This document shows positions 1 through 8,322 of a DNA stretch of 64,000 nucleotides, in pieces. The translations under genes were made by a program, and so were the position numbers. Location: the NCBI GenBank assembly GCA_964625435.1, contig CAZVDQ010000003.1, forward strand, positions 19,589-83,588, read 5' to 3'. Source of the stretch: an uncultured Mariniplasma sp. (lineage in GTDB: Bacteria > Bacillota_I > Bacilli_A > Acholeplasmatales > Acholeplasmataceae). The notes below the pieces were generated by a model. It was given only the letters and a program-made list of their open reading frames with translations. It had not been told where the DNA came from and ran no database searches. Numbering within the stretch: the first letter of the stretch is position 1; each line of letters opens with the position of its first letter.

Positions 1-24
1 GATTTATTTATCATCTTTTCACTC

Positions 25-849
25 CTAGCTTAATGCTACATCAAGAACCATCATCACTATAAATCCGACCATGACACCAAGTACAGCATAATGCGCCCCT
101 TTTGGTGTTACTTTTTGTTGTGCTTCAGGAATCAACTCTTCAACCACAACATAAATCATAGCTCCAGCAGCAAATGCTAGTGCATAAGGTAATAAAGGTC
201 TAACTATAAGCACCAAGTAAGCACCAAGAACACCAGCCATTGGTTCAACAAAACCAGATGCTTGTCCCAATAAGAATGCCTTTGTACGACTCATACCTTC
301 TTGTCTTAAAGGTATTGAAACCGCTGCACCTTCGGGAAAGTTCTGAATACCAATCCCGATAGCGAGACCAATCGCTGCAAGTGTTGCTCCAGTAGCATCT
401 CCTGTAACATAGTGCACAGCACCGAATGCTACACCAACTGCCAAACCTTCTGGAATATTGTGAAGTGTAATAGCAAATACAAGTAAGACTGTTCTTTTCA
501 ATCTAGTTGGTAATCCTTCTTTCTCATGATTTGGTCCAAAATGCATATGTGGTATAGTTTTATCTGCAAAATATAGAAATAAACCCCCTGATCCAAATCC
601 AACTGCAACAACCAACCAAGCAATCGAACCTTGTTCTTCAGCCATGATAATTGCAGGAGCTAATAAAGACCAAAAACTTGCGGCAATCATGACACCTGAA
701 GCAAATCCTAACATTAAATTAAATACATTTCTTTCAATTGTTTTAAAAAAGAAGACAAGAGCTGCACCCAGTGCAGTTACTCCCCAAGTAAATAGTGTTC
801 CTATCAGTGCTTGCAATACGATATCCAAGCCCATAAACCAATTTAGCAT
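25..849 (-). CDS. zupT: ZIP family divalent metal transporter (ZupT/GufA type)
   Basis: Multi-TM protein with ZIP motifs HNIPEGLAVG and QNFPEGAAVS and a His-containing loop. GAGGTG RBS favours ATG at 849 over the track start at 858. Confidence 0.9.
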   Translation of the reverse strand: MLNWFMGLDIVLQALIGTLFTWGVTALGAALVFFFKTIERNVFNLMLGFASGVMIAASFWSLLAPAIIMAEEQGSIAWLVVAVGFGSGGLFLYFADKTIPHMHFGPNHEKEGLPTRLKRTVLLVFAITLHNIPEGLAVGVAFGAVHYVTGDATGATLAAIGLAIGIGIQNFPEGAAVSIPLRQEGMSRTKAFLLGQASGFVEPMAGVLGAYLVLIVRPLLPYALAFAAGAMIYVVVEELIPEAQQKVTPKGAHYAVLGVMVGFIVMMVLDVALS

Positions 850-872
850 TATACGCACCTCATTCCCATATT

Positions 873-888
873 TTAAGGTTATCCTTAA
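873..888. promoter_or_regulatory. Palindromic operator, DtxR/MntR/SirR-like
   Basis: Perfect TTAAGG-N4-CCTTAA inverted repeat between the zupT -10 and its RBS. Confidence 0.5.
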
Positions 889-898
889 TTCTATATTA

Positions 899-927
899 AG
901 TATAGCATGAATTCAAAAACTTGTCAA
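899..927 (-). promoter_or_regulatory. sigma70-type promoter of zupT
   Basis: TTGACA (927-922), 17-nt spacer, TG-C-TATACT extended -10 (904-899). Confidence 0.75.
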
Positions 928-952
928 TCCAATAATAAAATGAATCAAGCAT

Positions 953-977
953 AAAAAAAGAGAGGACTAAGCCTCTC
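953..977 (-). terminator. Intrinsic terminator after the pmbA remnant
   Basis: GAGAGG-CTTAGT-CCTCTC hairpin followed by a T7 tract on the minus strand. Confidence 0.6.
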
Positions 978-1164
978 CGCCAATCATCATTGATTCAATA
1001 TAAACACTAGGACTTCCGACTCTAGATAATCCAAATTTTAAGTCGGAACCAACACCTTTAACGTGATTTAATACATCAAAGAAGTTTCCAGAAATAACAA
1101 TCATTTTAACTGGATGATCGACTTTTCCATCTACGATTTTAAATCCGCTTGATGTAGTTCGCCC
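967..1164 (-). pseudogene. pmbA: 3' remnant (about 60 codons) of pmbA/tldE, no start codon of its own
   Basis: Frame not in the ORF track reads SSGFKIVDGKVDHPVKMIVISGNFFDVLNHVKGVGSDLKFGLSRVGSPSVYIESMMIGGEA*, matching the TldE/PmbA C-terminus. It is closed upstream by TAA at 1165-1167. Confidence 0.8.
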
Positions 1165-1424
1165 TTAAATGATGCTCGCAAATTTGTAACCAATTTCAAA
1201 ATTGAATCATAAGATACTTGATTAGTAAATCCATAGACTTCATCAATACCTTCTATAAGACGTACGCCTACACCATGAATATTACTAGCATCCACAGAGG
1301 TAACCTCACCGCTGATTACTTTAATAGTTGAAGACACAGAATTCTCAAAAAAGATTTCTGCAAAATCAGCACCTGTTGATAAAGCTTCATTTAGTAATTC
1401 TTGTATTTCTTTCTTCTTTAACAT
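1131..1424 (-). pseudogene. tldD: 5' fragment of tldD (about 88 codons, then out-of-frame run-on)
   Basis: ALSTGADFAEIFFE...GVGVRLI...YGFTN is the TldD/PmbA N-terminal domain. Only 97 aa versus about 460 for the family; the zinc HExxxH region is absent. Confidence 0.8.
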
Positions 1425-1463
1425 TGAAAAGCTTCCTTCGATTGTTATATTTATATTATTTAT

Positions 1464-3266
1464 TTATGATGATAATGCTTCGTTTTCATCATATTGAAGC
1501 TGATAAAGATTAAAGTATAGCCCTTTTAATTTAAGTAACTCCTGGTGACTTCCTTCTTCTTTGATTTCACCTTTTTGCATAACTAAAATTTTATTGCTAT
1601 GTTGAATTGTTGACAATCTATGTGCAACAATTAACATTGTTGAGATATTCATCATTTTTTCTAATGATTCTTGAATTAATTCTTCTGTTTCACTATCAAT
1701 ATTTGCTGTTGCTTCATCTAAAATCATGAGGGTAGGCTTATATACTAATGCTCTAGCAAATGAAATTAATTGTCTTTGACCACTTGAAAAATTGTTCCCT
1801 CTTTCTAAAACCATATGCTCATATGAGGTAGGTAAGCGATCAATAAACGTATTTGCTCCAACATAATTTGATGCTGATTTTACTTCTTCTAGAGTGATTT
1901 CATCATCTCTAAGTGTAATGTTTTCAGTAATTGTTCCACTAAATAAGAAAACATCTTGAAGCATTTGTCCTATATGTTTTCTCAAGGAAGAGCGCTTAAT
2001 CTTTTTAATATCTATACCGTCAATTAAGATTTGTCCTTTTTGAATTTCATAATTTCTAACAATTAAACTTAATATGGTTGTTTTACCTGAACCGGTTGCA
2101 CCAACAAAAGCAACCGTATCTCCTGGATTAACTTTAAAGTTAATTCCTTTTAATACCCATTCATCTTCTAAATAATAAAACCATACATCTTTAAATTCTA
2201 TTGCTCCAGTAAAATGATCCAGTTCAATTGAATCTTTGCTATCATTAATTTCTGGCTTGGTATCCAAAACATCAAATATCTTTTCAGCTGCTGCAAATGC
2301 ACTTTGCATAATATTAAACTGTTCAGCTAATTCTTGAATGGGTTCAAAGAAATCACGAACATAATAGAAATAAGAAAATAATAATCCCGCAGTAAATGCT
2401 GTTGTGATTACTTCTTGATATCCAATATATAAAACGATCAGTGTACCAACCATGGATAATCCATAAATTGTTGGTCTAAAAATACCGAAAACTAATATTT
2501 CTTGTAAATAGCTATTTCTAAGTTTACGACTATGTTCTTTAAATTCTTTCCGTTTCTTTTCTTCTTGATTAAAAATTTGAGTAACCTTCATACCTGATAG
2601 ATTTTCAGATAAGAATGCATTAACCTCTGATAAATTTGCTCTTACTCTACGATATGATGCGCGCGAGAATTTTCTAAACAGATATGCCGCTAGCAATACA
2701 ATCGGAATCACAATTATCACATAAAGCGTGATATGAAAATTCAAGAGAAATAATACAATCAAAATAGCAATTAAATATAAAATATTTCTAATCAGATTAA
2801 TTGCAACTGATGTATACATTTCAGAAATTGTATTGGTATCATTTGTTACTCTTGTCACGAGTTTTCCAACTGGAACTTGATTTATTTGTCCAATTGAAAG
2901 ATTTTCAATATGATTGAAAACATCATTTCTTAAAGTAACTACTGTTTTTTGTCCAACTTTTTGAAGCATATAGTTCTGATAAAAATTAGTGAAATTACCT
3001 ACTAACATCGCAGCAAAGAATGCTCCACCCATCAGTAAGATGTTTAGAACCTGTTGGCTTCTTTCCATGGTATCATTACTCACTAAATCAATTGTATACC
3101 CGATTAATAGGGCAGGTAATAATTGAACCCCAATGCCAACAAACATTAAGAAAATAATTAGCGCAAATTCTTTTTTATATGGTAATGCATAAGCAAATAA
3201 GCGCTTAATAACCTCTTTATCACTACGTTCACGGGTGTTATCCTTAAAATCTTTCAATGGGTTCAC
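1464..3266 (-). CDS. Type IV ABC exporter subunit (TMD+NBD), consensus-Walker-B half of a heterodimer
   Basis: Six-TM N-half; Walker A GATGSGKT, Walker B ILDEAT, non-canonical signature FSSGQ. Confidence 0.9.
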   Translation of the reverse strand: MNPLKDFKDNTRERSDKEVIKRLFAYALPYKKEFALIIFLMFVGIGVQLLPALLIGYTIDLVSNDTMERSQQVLNILLMGGAFFAAMLVGNFTNFYQNYMLQKVGQKTVVTLRNDVFNHIENLSIGQINQVPVGKLVTRVTNDTNTISEMYTSVAINLIRNILYLIAILIVLFLLNFHITLYVIIVIPIVLLAAYLFRKFSRASYRRVRANLSEVNAFLSENLSGMKVTQIFNQEEKKRKEFKEHSRKLRNSYLQEILVFGIFRPTIYGLSMVGTLIVLYIGYQEVITTAFTAGLLFSYFYYVRDFFEPIQELAEQFNIMQSAFAAAEKIFDVLDTKPEINDSKDSIELDHFTGAIEFKDVWFYYLEDEWVLKGINFKVNPGDTVAFVGATGSGKTTILSLIVRNYEIQKGQILIDGIDIKKIKRSSLRKHIGQMLQDVFLFSGTITENITLRDDEITLEEVKSASNYVGANTFIDRLPTSYEHMVLERGNNFSSGQRQLISFARALVYKPTLMILDEATANIDSETEELIQESLEKMMNISTMLIVAHRLSTIQHSNKILVMQKGEIKEEGSHQELLKLKGLYFNLYQLQYDENEALSS

Positions 3267-5016
3267 CTCCCTGAACTATGTTTTCTAATGTTTGGCGTTT
3301 AACCATATCTTGATATAAAGCAGAAGTCTTCATAAGTTGTACGTGGCTACCAATCGCTGAAATCTTACCCTGATCTAACAAGATAATTTTATCCATCTTT
3401 TTAACCGTGGAAATTCTATGGGCAATAAATATGGTCGTTTTACCTTTTCTAACACGATTTAAGTTGGTAATGATTGCATCTTCTGTCTTTGTATCAACAG
3501 CAGAAACAGAATCATCAAGAATCAAAATTTCAGGATTTTTTGCTAAAGCTCTAGCAATACTGATTCTTTGTTTCTGACCACCAGATACTGTGACTCCTCT
3601 TTCACCTAAAATTGTATTGAATTGCTCTTTGAATTCCATAACATTTTCATAAACATCAGATAATTTCGCGGATTCTTTAACCGCTTCTTCATCGGGATTA
3701 TCAAATGCAAAACCAATATTATTTACAATGGTGTCTGAAAATAAGAAATTGTCCTGTGGGACATATCCAATTGCATTTCTGACTGAGCTCAAAGTCAACT
3801 TCATAATGTCGTAATTATCGATAAAGACCTGATTTTCACCCAAGTTATACGTTCTGAGTAAAAGATCAACCAAACTACTCTTACCACTACCTGTTCTTCC
3901 TAAAATGCCCACACTTTCACCAGCTTTGATTTCAAATGAAACATTATCTAAGACGAGTTCATTACCGTCTGGATATTGAAAACATAAGTTTTTAACTGAG
4001 ATGCTTCCCTTTAAATTATCGACAGTAATTGCATCTTCGAAATCCCTGATTTCAACTTCTTCGTCTAAGAACTTATCAATACGGGTTGCACTTGCTCTTG
4101 CTTGAGACTGAATCTGAATAAATCTAGATAATGCCATAACTGGCCAAATGAGTGTAAAGAAGTAACTGATGTATTCGGTTAATTGACCCGTAGTCAAGCC
4201 TGTTCCATCCGTTCTTAGAACTAAAAAGCTGCCATACATAATAATAAGAAGAATGATAAAGTTCAGCGCCATTGATAATGCAATATTGACTCCGATGATA
4301 TATTTAACAAAATGAATATTCTTTTGATATAAATCTTCATTTCTATCACCAAAAAATTTCGCTTCTTTCTTTTCTCTTACAAATGCTTTGATGACGGATA
4401 TGCCTGAGAAATTTTCTTGTGCGAAATCACTTAATTTTTCAAAAGATTCTTGTCTTTTTTTGAATATAGATGAAATTGTTTTACGAATATATACTAAAAC
4501 AACAGTCAATATCAACATAGGTATTGCTGCATATAATGTTAATATAAAGTTAAGGTTTGCCATTCGATAAATTGCAAATGCCCCAAGCATCAAACCATCA
4601 ACTAAAGTTAAGATTCCTGGCCCAAAAGACATTCGTACAGCTTCAAGATCATTAATGAAATAAGCCATGAGTCCGCCAACCTTCTCTTGGCTATAGTAGC
4701 GTTGAGATAGTTTGGATGCATGACCAAACATCGTATTTCTTAAGTGAAATTCAATTCTTCTTGATGCACCAAAAATGGTGTATCTCCAAACAAATCGGCC
4801 GAAAGTAATCATAGCAGCAAGCATTGCAATCCTTAGGATTGAACTTTCAATTGCGGCTGAGTCTGGAGTATCAGAATCTAAGCTGTCGATGATACCACCA
4901 ACAAGCTTTGGAATATCTAATTGTATCCAGTCAACAACGATTAAGATACCTATTCCGACCAAAAAAAATAAAGCATATTTAAGATAATATTTTCTAAAGT
5001 GTTTTCCAAAAAGCAT
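3244..5016 (-). CDS. Type IV ABC exporter subunit (TMD+NBD), degenerate-Walker-B half
   Basis: Walker A GRTGSGKS, signature VSGGQ, Walker B ILDDS (E to D); overlaps its partner gene; AAGGAG RBS. Confidence 0.9.
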   Translation of the reverse strand: MLFGKHFRKYYLKYALFFLVGIGILIVVDWIQLDIPKLVGGIIDSLDSDTPDSAAIESSILRIAMLAAMITFGRFVWRYTIFGASRRIEFHLRNTMFGHASKLSQRYYSQEKVGGLMAYFINDLEAVRMSFGPGILTLVDGLMLGAFAIYRMANLNFILTLYAAIPMLILTVVLVYIRKTISSIFKKRQESFEKLSDFAQENFSGISVIKAFVREKKEAKFFGDRNEDLYQKNIHFVKYIIGVNIALSMALNFIILLIIMYGSFLVLRTDGTGLTTGQLTEYISYFFTLIWPVMALSRFIQIQSQARASATRIDKFLDEEVEIRDFEDAITVDNLKGSISVKNLCFQYPDGNELVLDNVSFEIKAGESVGILGRTGSGKSSLVDLLLRTYNLGENQVFIDNYDIMKLTLSSVRNAIGYVPQDNFLFSDTIVNNIGFAFDNPDEEAVKESAKLSDVYENVMEFKEQFNTILGERGVTVSGGQKQRISIARALAKNPEILILDDSVSAVDTKTEDAIITNLNRVRKGKTTIFIAHRISTVKKMDKIILLDQGKISAIGSHVQLMKTSALYQDMVKRQTLENIVQGGEPIERF

Positions 5017-5124
5017 GCTGTTCTCCTTAATACCTATATCTATTATAATACATTGTCCTCAAATAACAATAAAGACGTTCAGATAAACGCTTTATTGTTA
5101 TAAGAATATTCAATTATTTGTTAT

Positions 5125-5526
5125 TTATTCAACAACGATTCTTACATTATCTCCGTCTGCAGATTCTACGTTAACGATTTCACCCATAACGCCAGCACTG
5201 ATCATTTCTAGTAATGCATCAATATCGATATCAGTATCTTGCAAATTCATGTTAAACTTACCAGTTTTTAATAATTTTGCAAATTCGATAGGGATTTGAA
5301 CTCTAACTTTATCACCATCACTTGAATCTACAAAAATCTTAAGCATTTTAAATGGTGCTTTTTTATTACTTGGAAGAACTACTTGTTCATCAAACTTGTT
5401 TTCTGATGGACGTTCCATCGCACTTAATAATTTTTCAGCATCATCTGATGAGATAACTCCTTTAGCTAATAAATCTAATATTTTCATTCTTTCTTCTTTT
5501 AATTGGTCTTTTGACATTTTATTCAC
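5125..5526 (-). CDS. SHOCT-like domain protein (DUF2089-associated)
   Basis: N-terminal ERMKILDLLAKGVISSDDAEKLL SHOCT-like motif plus a C-terminal beta-rich domain; AAGGTG RBS. Confidence 0.7.
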   Translation of the reverse strand: MNKMSKDQLKEERMKILDLLAKGVISSDDAEKLLSAMERPSENKFDEQVVLPSNKKAPFKMLKIFVDSSDGDKVRVQIPIEFAKLLKTGKFNMNLQDTDIDIDALLEMISAGVMGEIVNVESADGDNVRIVVE

Positions 5527-5541
5527 CTTTTCTTTTTATTA

Positions 5542-5727
5542 TTATCGTACTTCTTGATTTAAATCTTGTAACAACTCAAAATTTGGAGTAGTTTGTTCTT
5601 GAAGATCTGCAATATTTTGCGTATTACTCACTAAAAATCCCGGTCTTGTTAAATATGTAGAGTTAATATGACGGATGCCTGTTGAATTTGTATATTTTGA
5701 TTGTTGATAACGTTGATTTCTTGACAT
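5542..5727 (-). CDS. Small hypothetical protein (61 aa, Q/N/T-rich)
   Basis: AGGTGA RBS 6 nt before ATG; fills the gap between two operon genes. Confidence 0.5.
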   Translation of the reverse strand: MSRNQRYQQSKYTNSTGIRHINSTYLTRPGFLVSNTQNIADLQEQTTPNFELLQDLNQEVR

Positions 5728-5737
5728 TTGATATCAC

Positions 5738-6154
5738 CTATTTTCCTTTCTTGAAGAAATTGATTGCATCTGCAACCGATAGTTCTCCTTTTTCGATCTT
5801 TTCTAAGATGCTTGCGTTATTTGCTTTTGTTGCTTGGGATTCTTTGACTGAAGCTTCTTCATCAAATGGTTCTAAGGAATATCCTAAGCCAACAATTACT
5901 TCGTCTAACATCTTCTTAACAGTTGGGTAACTAATGTTTAATTCTTTTTCAATCACCTTGATGTTTCCTCTATTTTTAATGAATACTTCAATAAAATATA
6001 ATTTTTCTGTTTCAAGATAATTGAACTTTGATAATGTGAAATCTCCTTCGATTGTTGTATCACAATGATCACAATGTAATTTAACAACATCTAAATTATG
6101 TTTGCATACAGGGCAAGTAGCTAATACTGGGTTTACTTTGTTTCTTTCTTTCAT
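5738..6154 (-). CDS. DUF2089 family protein (Zn ribbon + HTH + SHOCT-like tail)
   Basis: CPVC...CDHC zinc ribbon, IEGDF, RGNIKVIEKELNISYPTVK HTH, C-terminal ILEKIEKGELSVADAI; AAGGAG RBS. Confidence 0.85.
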   Translation of the reverse strand: MKERNKVNPVLATCPVCKHNLDVVKLHCDHCDTTIEGDFTLSKFNYLETEKLYFIEVFIKNRGNIKVIEKELNISYPTVKKMLDEVIVGLGYSLEPFDEEASVKESQATKANNASILEKIEKGELSVADAINFFKKGK

Positions 6155-6167
6155 GGTTAATCTCCTT

Positions 6168-6530
6168 TTATATGGTTTTTATAAAGATTCTAACTTTATC
6201 ATGTGTTTTAACATCGACTTTTACTCCCCGAATCGAAATCATATCAATCATTTCTTCGGGAGTTAACGGTAACTGTTCAGTAACAGCACCTCTTTTGTTT
6301 TTAATTCTTCTTGGAATAAACATTTTCACTAAGAACAAAGGAATTGGAAGGAATAAGAGGAAGCTTAATAACATTGTTGCACCTTTACTTTCAGGAATCT
6401 GAATTCTAATAACAATGAATCCAGCCCTTCTTGGTTTTCTTTCTCTCTCTTCTTCAAATAAGAGTTTATATGCTTCTCTTGATTTCATCTTGCTTGTATT
6501 CAATTGATTTAGAACTTCATATTTTGTCAT
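6168..6530 (-). CDS. Hypothetical protein with SHOCT-like N-terminus, distant paralog of 5125..5526
   Basis: EVLNQLNTSKMKSREAYKLL N-terminus; C-terminal EMIDMISIRGVKVDVKTHDKVRIFI resembles ALLEMISAG...VESADGDNVRIVV of the paralog. Confidence 0.65.
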   Translation of the reverse strand: MTKYEVLNQLNTSKMKSREAYKLLFEEERERKPRRAGFIVIRIQIPESKGATMLLSFLLFLPIPLFLVKMFIPRRIKNKRGAVTEQLPLTPEEMIDMISIRGVKVDVKTHDKVRIFIKTI

Positions 6531-6570
6531 TATTTGCCTTTCTTTATTAATAAATTTAACTTACACATTA

Positions 6571-6599
6571 ATTATATTCATTTTTATATCAAATGTCAA
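6571..6599 (-). promoter_or_regulatory. Consensus sigma70 promoter of the DUF2089 operon
   Basis: TTGACA (6599-6594), 17-nt spacer, TATAAT (6576-6571). Confidence 0.8.
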
Positions 6600-6737
6600 C
6601 ACTTTTATTGAAAAAAAGTTAAAAAAATTAATTTTCACCTTAATTTTATTAATAATTTAACAAAAAAAATTAATTTTATGCTATTTTTTTCAATATTTTT
6701 GAGTTATAATAAGATTTAGAAGGAGGTTTTGGAAGAT

Positions 6738-7949
6738 ATGAATAGACTAATTGAACGGTTTTTAAGCTATGTGAAGGTTGATACTCAATCAGATCACAAC
6801 TCAACAACATTCCCATCTACTGAAAAACAAAAAGATTTAAGTCGCTTATTAGTTAAAGAACTTGTTGAAATGGGTCTTGATGCATTTTTAGATGAATATG
6901 GATATGTTTACGCTAAAATTGATAAGAATAAGGAAGGCACGCGTGCGTTAGGGTTTGTCGCACATGTTGATACTTCTCCTGATGCACCTGGCAAGGGAGT
7001 TAATCCAAGAATTATCAAATCCTATGATGGATCAAGTATTCAGCTTAATAAAAATTTGTCCATGGATCCAAATCACTACCCCAGTTTAATAAAAGTGATT
7101 GGTGATGATATTATTGTCACCGATGGAAATACATTACTAGGTGCAGATGATAAATGTGGTGTTGCTGAAATTATGGAGCTTGCAGAGTATTTTGTCAGCC
7201 ACCCAGAAGAAAAACATGGTGATATCTATATTTGCTTTACACCTGATGAAGAAATAGGAAATGGAGCAAACCATTTTAATTACGATTACTTTAAAGCGGA
7301 TTTCGCATATACTGCCGATGGTAGTGAAGTCGGTGGAATTGAATATGAGAATTTTAATGCAGCAACTGCATTTTTAACTTTCACTGGAAAAAGCATTCAT
7401 CCAGGCTCTGCTAAAAACAAATTAATCAACGCACTTCATATCGCAATGGAGTTTCACCAATTACTTCCAACATTTAAAAATCCAGCATTTACTGAAAACT
7501 ATGAAGGATTTAATCATTTAACAACAATGAAAGGCGAAGTAGAGACTGCTCATTCACAATATATCATCAGAAATCATGATATGGCGTTATTCAATGAACA
7601 GAAAAAAGAATTTGAAGCAATCAAAGAATACTTAAATCAAAGTTATGAATATCAAGCTGTCGAATTAGTAATTAAAGACAGTTACTATAATATGTATGAA
7701 AAGATTAAGGATCATATGTATATTATCGAATTGGCTGAACAAGCGACTAAAAACGTAGGACTAGTTCCACACGCTGAACCAATTCGAGGTGGCACAGATG
7801 GAGCAAGACTAACCTATGAAGGCCTATTGTGTCCTAATTTGGGTACTGGTGGATATCAATTTCATGGACGTCTTGAATTTGCATCTATTCAACAAATGGA
7901 AAATGCGGTAAAAGTTTTCATTGAAATTGTTAAATTAAACACACGATAA
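6738..7949 (+). CDS. pepT: Peptidase T (tripeptide aminopeptidase, M20B)
   Basis: AHVDT, LGADDKCG, FTPDEEIG, HPGSAK, IRGGTDG motifs. AGGAGG RBS favours ATG 6738 (track start is TTG 6729). Confidence 0.95.
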   Translation: MNRLIERFLSYVKVDTQSDHNSTTFPSTEKQKDLSRLLVKELVEMGLDAFLDEYGYVYAKIDKNKEGTRALGFVAHVDTSPDAPGKGVNPRIIKSYDGSSIQLNKNLSMDPNHYPSLIKVIGDDIIVTDGNTLLGADDKCGVAEIMELAEYFVSHPEEKHGDIYICFTPDEEIGNGANHFNYDYFKADFAYTADGSEVGGIEYENFNAATAFLTFTGKSIHPGSAKNKLINALHIAMEFHQLLPTFKNPAFTENYEGFNHLTTMKGEVETAHSQYIIRNHDMALFNEQKKEFEAIKEYLNQSYEYQAVELVIKDSYYNMYEKIKDHMYIIELAEQATKNVGLVPHAEPIRGGTDGARLTYEGLLCPNLGTGGYQFHGRLEFASIQQMENAVKVFIEIVKLNTR

Positions 7950-7952
7950 ATC

Positions 7953-8000
7953 AAAAAAGAATTTCTTGAATGCATACGCATTTAAAGAAATTCTTTTTTT
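7953..8000. terminator. Bidirectional intrinsic terminator
   Basis: AAAAAAGAATTTCTT...AAGAAATTCTTTTTTT inverted repeat between convergent genes. Confidence 0.75.
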
Positions 8001-8046
8001 CATGATTTTATTGTTGTGTAGTCAAGAAATTATTTAGTATGAATTA

Positions 8047-8322
8047 TTAAGTTTGATATATAGAAATGAACGGAATAATAATAATACCTAAATAAAGAAT
8101 AATTTTGAGATCTATTGTTAAATTCTCAAATGGTCTTTTAAAAATTTTATCTGAGCGTAATATGATTGCATAATCAATCATAAGAATTAATAAAGAAAGT
8201 AATGAAAATCCTATTTTTACTAATAGATTCCCTTCGAAATATGAAACTGTATATGAAACGATATTAATACCAATATATAGAATTAGACCAAATATTAAAT
8301 ATGCTGTTTTTAGTTTTGCCAT
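8047..8322 (-). CDS. Small membrane protein (about 3 TM), unknown function
   Basis: 91 aa with three hydrophobic segments; overlaps the 3' end of the Sel1 gene by 13 nt. Confidence 0.55.
   Translation of the reverse strand: MAKLKTAYLIFGLILYIGINIVSYTVSYFEGNLLVKIGFSLLSLLILMIDYAIILRSDKIFKRPFENLTIDLKIILYLGIIIIPFISIYQT

Noticed and set aside
644-910. 88-aa plus-strand ORF and the many similar 60-130 aa antisense ORFs in the track (e.g. 4388, 10158, 19649, 29683, 30175, 49136, 59296)
   Set aside because: They lie antisense to well-supported genes, lack RBSs and have shadow-like composition. Those at 29683 and 30175 simply mirror the 492-bp repeat.
1131-1164. Programmed frameshift joining the tldD fragment to the pmbA tail
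   Set aside because: No slippery heptamer or stimulatory structure at the junction, and the product (about 150 aa) would lack the catalytic core; deletion explains it better.
5052-5101. Long AT-rich inverted repeat ATAACAATAAAG...CTTTATTGTTAT between the SHOCT gene and the ABC pair
   Set aside because: Adequately explained as a terminator-like hairpin for the upstream operon; no feature suggesting an sRNA or mobile element.
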